From: Amoebidium appalachense
Lineage: Eukaryota > Protista > Ichthyosporea
Length of the DNA: 64,000 bases
NCBI GenBank assembly: GCA_963693365.1
Contig: CAVNZM010000004.1
Location: 8,221,093-8,285,092, forward strand
Direction of reading: 5' to 3'
The first letter of the stretch is position 1; every line of letters begins with the position of its first letter. The position numbers were made by a program, and so were the translations under genes. Below are positions 51,774 through 64,000 of this stretch, piece after piece. The notes under the pieces are model-generated. The model ran no database searches, had not been told where the DNA came from, and saw only the letters and a list, made by a program, of their open reading frames with translations.

Positions 51774-52049
51774 TCTCTCTCTCTCTCTCTGTTTTTTTTT
51801 TTGGTGGGGGGGGGAAGGGTTGGGGGTTGGGGAGGGGGGGGGTGAGCATGATATGTATTTTGTGCTTTTCATGTGATCAGGTGGATGCGGGGGGCAGGCG
51901 AAGGGACTTGGGCACGTTAGCTCAAATGTGGTCCCTATTTTTCCCTTTTTGTGGTGGCAATGGTCGCTGCATGTCCACATGGTGTGGTTGTATTTGTGTG
52001 TATTTGTGTGGTGTGTGGTGGTGGTGGTGGTGGTGGTGGTGGTGTGTGT

Positions 52050-52120
<71 letters not shown>

Positions 52121-52483
52121 CACAAAATGTATCCCGACAGAATATATGGCAGGTTCAATAGTTCGTTTTTCGATTGTTTTGGCTGAACTTGATACATCTC
52201 AAGTTCGTTCCTGCTCTGTCCTGTCTTCCCTTTGCACTGAGTCTTACTCATTCCGGAATAAACATTGATTGCGTTTGACTGAACTTTCCTGTTCGTTTTT
52301 TTTTTTTCTTTCGCCGCCACAGAGAAAAAGATCGACATCAACACTGTTGACCTTAACAAACTCAAGGTTAAGGACCTGAAGAAGATTCTCATGAACTGGG
52401 GGGAGGCCTGTGACGGGTGCGTTGAGAAGCCGGACTTCATTAAGCGCATTAACGAACTGAAGTCAAAGCACACCGAGCTTTAA
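48419..52483 (+). CDS. MANF: MANF/CDNF (ARMET) family ER protein, 173 aa. Exons 48419..48503, 50266..50399, 51320..51461, 52323..52483
   Basis: The spliced product [32 protein letters not shown]...[16 protein letters not shown]...ICERLGK...[58 protein letters not shown] has a signal peptide, a saposin-like domain (CEVC, CYYIG), a SAP-like domain with CxxC (CDGC) and a KDEL-like HTEL end. All introns are GT-AG and total CDS is 522 nt. Confidence 0.93.
49170..49243. repeat. (GT)n microsatellite in MANF intron 1
   Basis: Pure GT run. Confidence 0.97.
51078..51318. repeat. (CA)n-based tandem duplication (~90-bp unit) ending at the MANF exon 3 acceptor
   Basis: catgggcacgtacacccacaaaccaacacacgcatgcacacacaagcacac occurs twice, then pure CA up to cag. 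Confidence 0.9.
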
Positions 52484-52615
52484 GTATCTACCTTCAAATT
52501 GGAATTTAATATCCCGTGAGATGCGGTTGTAGTTACACTCGAGACAAAACTTTCTAAACGTTTTACACATACTACCTCTTGATTGTCCTGTCACCGTGAT
52601 GGATGTAGCCCCCCC

Positions 52616-52646
<31 letters not shown>

Positions 52647-53133
52647 AAAAAAAAAAAACTCCAAAAGCTTCCTTCCGCTTGCGTATGTGGCACACCATTT
52701 TGTTTGCACTCAAACCCAAGAGTTTTGCCATTTGGGCGTGTAGCGAAGAAAGTTTTCCTGCACGTCCTTTTGGGACCAGCAATGTGGCAGAAGAAGAACA
52801 GTCCGTGTTTGGCACCCTGCAGCCCTCAGGGAATATAGCTTGACAGCACAACATGTCACGCGCATGCCCTCAATCCACGTGCCAAGTTGGAGATGCAAAG
52901 CACTGTGTACGTGTAATATGCGCGGGCAAATACCTAATTATTGTGTATCCTGTAAACAAATGCAGTGACAAAATCTTAAACCGGACCTGCATTCGGAAAA
53001 TGTACGTTTCATCCAGACATGACATGTTCTTGTGTACGGACCCTAAGTCAATCGCGAATTATCATATCAAATCCCCCCCCCCCCCCCCCCCCCCCCCCCC
53101 TTCCCCGCCTTTTTTTTTTTTTTTTTTTTTTGG

Positions 53134-53800
53134 CCCCATATTGATAATTCGCACAGATCTATTCGGACACTTTTGTCCTAATTAACCTATTTTTAGACGA
53201 TCGCGCTATTTCTAGAGCAGTTGCATAGTAACCAGGCTTCAAAAAGGTGAAAAACGTGAAATTCACGTCATTTCGACATAGTAACATATATAACATGTAG
53301 GGTCTCCGACCCCATCTCTTGGGCGCATTTGGTCATCGAAGTTGGCGACCTTCTAAGAAAACACGTGGTTTTTCCGCTAAATTTTAATTTAAACTAAAAT
53401 AACTTTCGTTGTGTGTTTCTGGAGCGGCTAAGACCATTATGTGCTGCTAGCTAGAGATATAGGCTAACGCATGCAAAAAACCCGACCACCTAATCTTAAT
53501 TCTGAGGCAACCTACCTAAGGTTCAACTTAGGGCACTTTTATCGAGAAAACCTTAGCCACACTGTCCCTGTTACCACCCGTTCTACTTCTAAGACAATGT
53601 TTACGACTTTTCTTCAATTTTCTGGCTAGTTAATGAGGAAAGTAAGTACAAAAGGTTTTAAACGTGGTTCTTCTTTACACTTGTTGCTACTAGTTCCAGT
53701 CCCTTCTATTATAGAAGACAAAATAAAGGAAGCTTATACCCCACGAAAGGTATGCTCGAGATCACAAACCCAAAGCAGTCTGCAAAGTCTGCAACTTTAC

Positions 53801-53849
<49 letters not shown>

Positions 53850-55242
53850 ACCTCCTCTCTCTCTCTCACACCTACTGCTCCTGCTCTTTGGTTCTGCGGT
53901 GACGTACAGGCACCCCCTTTTCCAGATGCTGCTCGTAGCAGTTGCGATCTGAATTTTTGTAGCACAATGCCACACCGCACCTGCTGCACATCCAGCTCAC
54001 CCTGCTGCGCTTGTATCCCTTTTGATCCGTGCGCGCGCACATAACACAGTCGAGCCGCTTGCCGGAACCGATAAGCACCGGGTGACAGAGGTTGCTTCGT
54101 TTGGCGGTTGTGGTGTTTGTTGACAGCGATTTTAGTATGCGCGCGCTTTGTTTGCCGGCTGGCAGAAGTGGGTTGTTGAGAAGTTCACCCGCAAGTTTTT
54201 CGCACCACTGCTCGTTTGAAAGTGCATTCTTGTCCCCGTCTGCAATGAGATGCTTGTAGGCCAGGTAGGTGTTTACAAACACCATACCAACTAACCCAGC
54301 AAAGGTGCGGTGCCAGGGTGTGTGGGGGACCCATGCCTGCTCGAGTGAACTGCTCCCTTGCCGGAGTTTGTTGTGTACGTCTGCACTGTTGAAATATGTG
54401 AAGAATTCGCGCACTGCTTTTGGCATGGGCACTTGTGTTCCGTTTTTTGTGATACGGGGAGCTCCTGCTTCCGTACTTCCTGCCGTCGTTACTACACGCA
54501 TGCTGAAATCCTTATCCTGCCAACGTATGGGGGGGATGGGAGAGGGAGAGGGCGAGCCCCCGCCCCCCTCCCCCCTCCCCCCTCCCCTCAATAAAAAGGA
54601 TATGTACGCCTTCGCACATCCCACAACTAGCTGAATCTCGCTCCGTGGTACTTCTTCTACTTTCCCGTCGTAGTCTATGTGTACCAACCATTTATTGTTC
54701 TTTAATACTTGCACAGTTGTGCCTGTGAACTGTTTCGTTTCCCATTCTTCACCAAACTGCTCTTTACTCCAACGTTCATCATCGTTCCTGACTTTACCAT
54801 CAAAGATGCGTGGAAAAACCCAAACTCTCTGGTCTTTCCTTAAACGCCTAACCATTTTCTTTTCTTTTCACCTATTTCTACTCTAATTCTACCTTGTTCT
54901 TTTTGTTTTCTAGCGCGCAAACTATCATGCAGTGTCTTTTACATAGTTCGGAAACCAAACGGTGTCCGTGATCGGACAGTCGGACACCCCAAAACTGGGG
55001 GAAAACGGTGCCACCCATGATCTTTTGCGCGCCAAAAGCTACTCACCCTGCAGTCCTATTGGTTTCCTATAAAGACAAAAAAGGCAGGAAAATACTAGAC
55101 CTCATTGGCCATACCCAGCTTGTGGGGTGTTTCCTAGCGAAAACAACGCTAGCGACGCCGCCGAAAAAGATAGGACACTTTTGTCCTTTTTAGCCATTAA
55201 TTAGGACAGATTTGTCCGGTTATGCGGATTATCAATATAGTG
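53134..55242 (-). mobile_element. Non-autonomous piggyBac-like DNA transposon (~2.1 kb) with imperfect ~50-bp terminal inverted repeats
   Basis: 53134..53185 (ccccatattgataattcgca...cggacacttttgtcctaattaa) is the imperfect reverse complement of 55197..55242, and the pair encloses the transposase remnant. Exact ends are uncertain. Confidence 0.7.
53872..54855 (-). pseudogene. Internally deleted piggyBac/PGBD-type transposase (N-terminal segment fused to the C-terminal third and Cys-rich domain)
   Basis: Contains RWQD...TTAGST...P-x2-V-x2-F...D-VHNKLRQ...W...VNTYLAY and a C-terminal CVMC...CSRCGVALC...CYEQH domain. At 327 aa it is too short and lacks the central catalytic region. Confidence 0.78.
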
Positions 55243-55976
55243 GCTCATAACATTATACTCAGTCTGACGTAATACCTGAAAATCCGAAAAACTTCTAGAC
55301 ACGTTGCACGCTGTAACGCACGATTGTGAACACCGATGCACCAGGCCCATAGCAAGGGGAGGCCCTGGGAGAGACGAATGGGTGACGTGTGTTTGTGTGT
55401 GGAAGGGGGGGGGGGGGGAGAAGGGAAACACACGAGGGAAACACACGCGGCTTGACCTCGACACTTTATTATTAATTAACTCGCAGCGAGTTACAACCAA
55501 CATCACCAATAATAATTATTCCTACTTTTTTAGTTGTTTTATTATATATCCCTACTTTTTTAGTTGTTTAGTATACTTTCGCCGAGCTACCGATGCCGAC
55601 CAGGTTACTGTACGACGTTGACGCCCTGCGCTCACACTCGACCTGCCGCACACAGGCCCTTGTAACAAATCGAAAGGCTTCACAAATAACTTTATTTGGC
55701 ATGTAGCGTAATTTTTGGCGCGAAAAATCCAAATATTACGGCTCGCAAATGCATACACACATGCACATGCATCTCGCTTCCCCTGCACAGAAACGCTCAG
55801 TAGTCACCGGCTTGTATCCTTTGAAACTTTTGGCTCTTTATTAGTTTATACGTATATGCACACACCTATAGGACACACAGCGTCGTGCACCTAAGTTCAA
55901 AGCTCTCTACGGTCCATCCTACCCGCCCTTCAGTGCATTTACTGCAAAGGATTTTTATTCCATAAAGCCACCAACT

Positions 55977-64000
<8,024 letters not shown>

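Noticed and set aside
50705-52186. 493-aa ORF and other poly-Pro, poly-Gly, HT- or CV-repeat ORFs from 36 kb onward
   Set aside because: They are translations of homopolymers and dinucleotide microsatellites. Only the embedded MANF and Gemin5 exons are credible.
55518-55570. Short direct repeat (cctacttttttagttgttt x2), and similar 11-15-bp duplications at ~35891 and ~35996
   Set aside because: These are ordinary slippage duplications with no further structure.

Overview
Eukaryotic genomic DNA, shown by GT-AG spliceosomal introns with CTAAC/CTGAC branch sites, abundant (CA)n microsatellites and long poly-C/poly-G runs. The gene content fits a unicellular holozoan-like protist, but the taxon cannot be fixed from this window. 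The first 35.8 kb is the 3' part of one giant gene, 5'-truncated by the window, with about 11,700 aa visible. It encodes roughly 90 SdrD-B-like (Cna-B/prealbumin-fold) domains with DxNxDG Ca2+-loop motifs. Over 50 of them come from about 27 near-identical 720-bp tandem units. Toward the C-terminus the domains are interleaved with 11 EGF-like domains and a Ser/Thr/Ala linker, followed by an RRRR furin-type site and a Cys-rich C-terminal domain with no membrane anchor. The first visible exon exceeds 31 kb and has one probable assembly frameshift at ~23712. Four phase-1 introns delimit symmetric [SdrD-B+EGF] exons. Downstream lie a transposon graveyard (three copies of a ~720-bp LTR, two forming a 1.4-kb palindrome and one a solo LTR with a 5-bp TSD inside a decayed gag-like ORF), a complete four-exon MANF/CDNF (ARMET) gene with a perfect ERSE in its promoter, an internally deleted piggyBac-like element, and the first nine exons of a Gemin5-like WD40 gene running off the window. 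Most short ORFs in the track are shadow frames or microsatellite translations.
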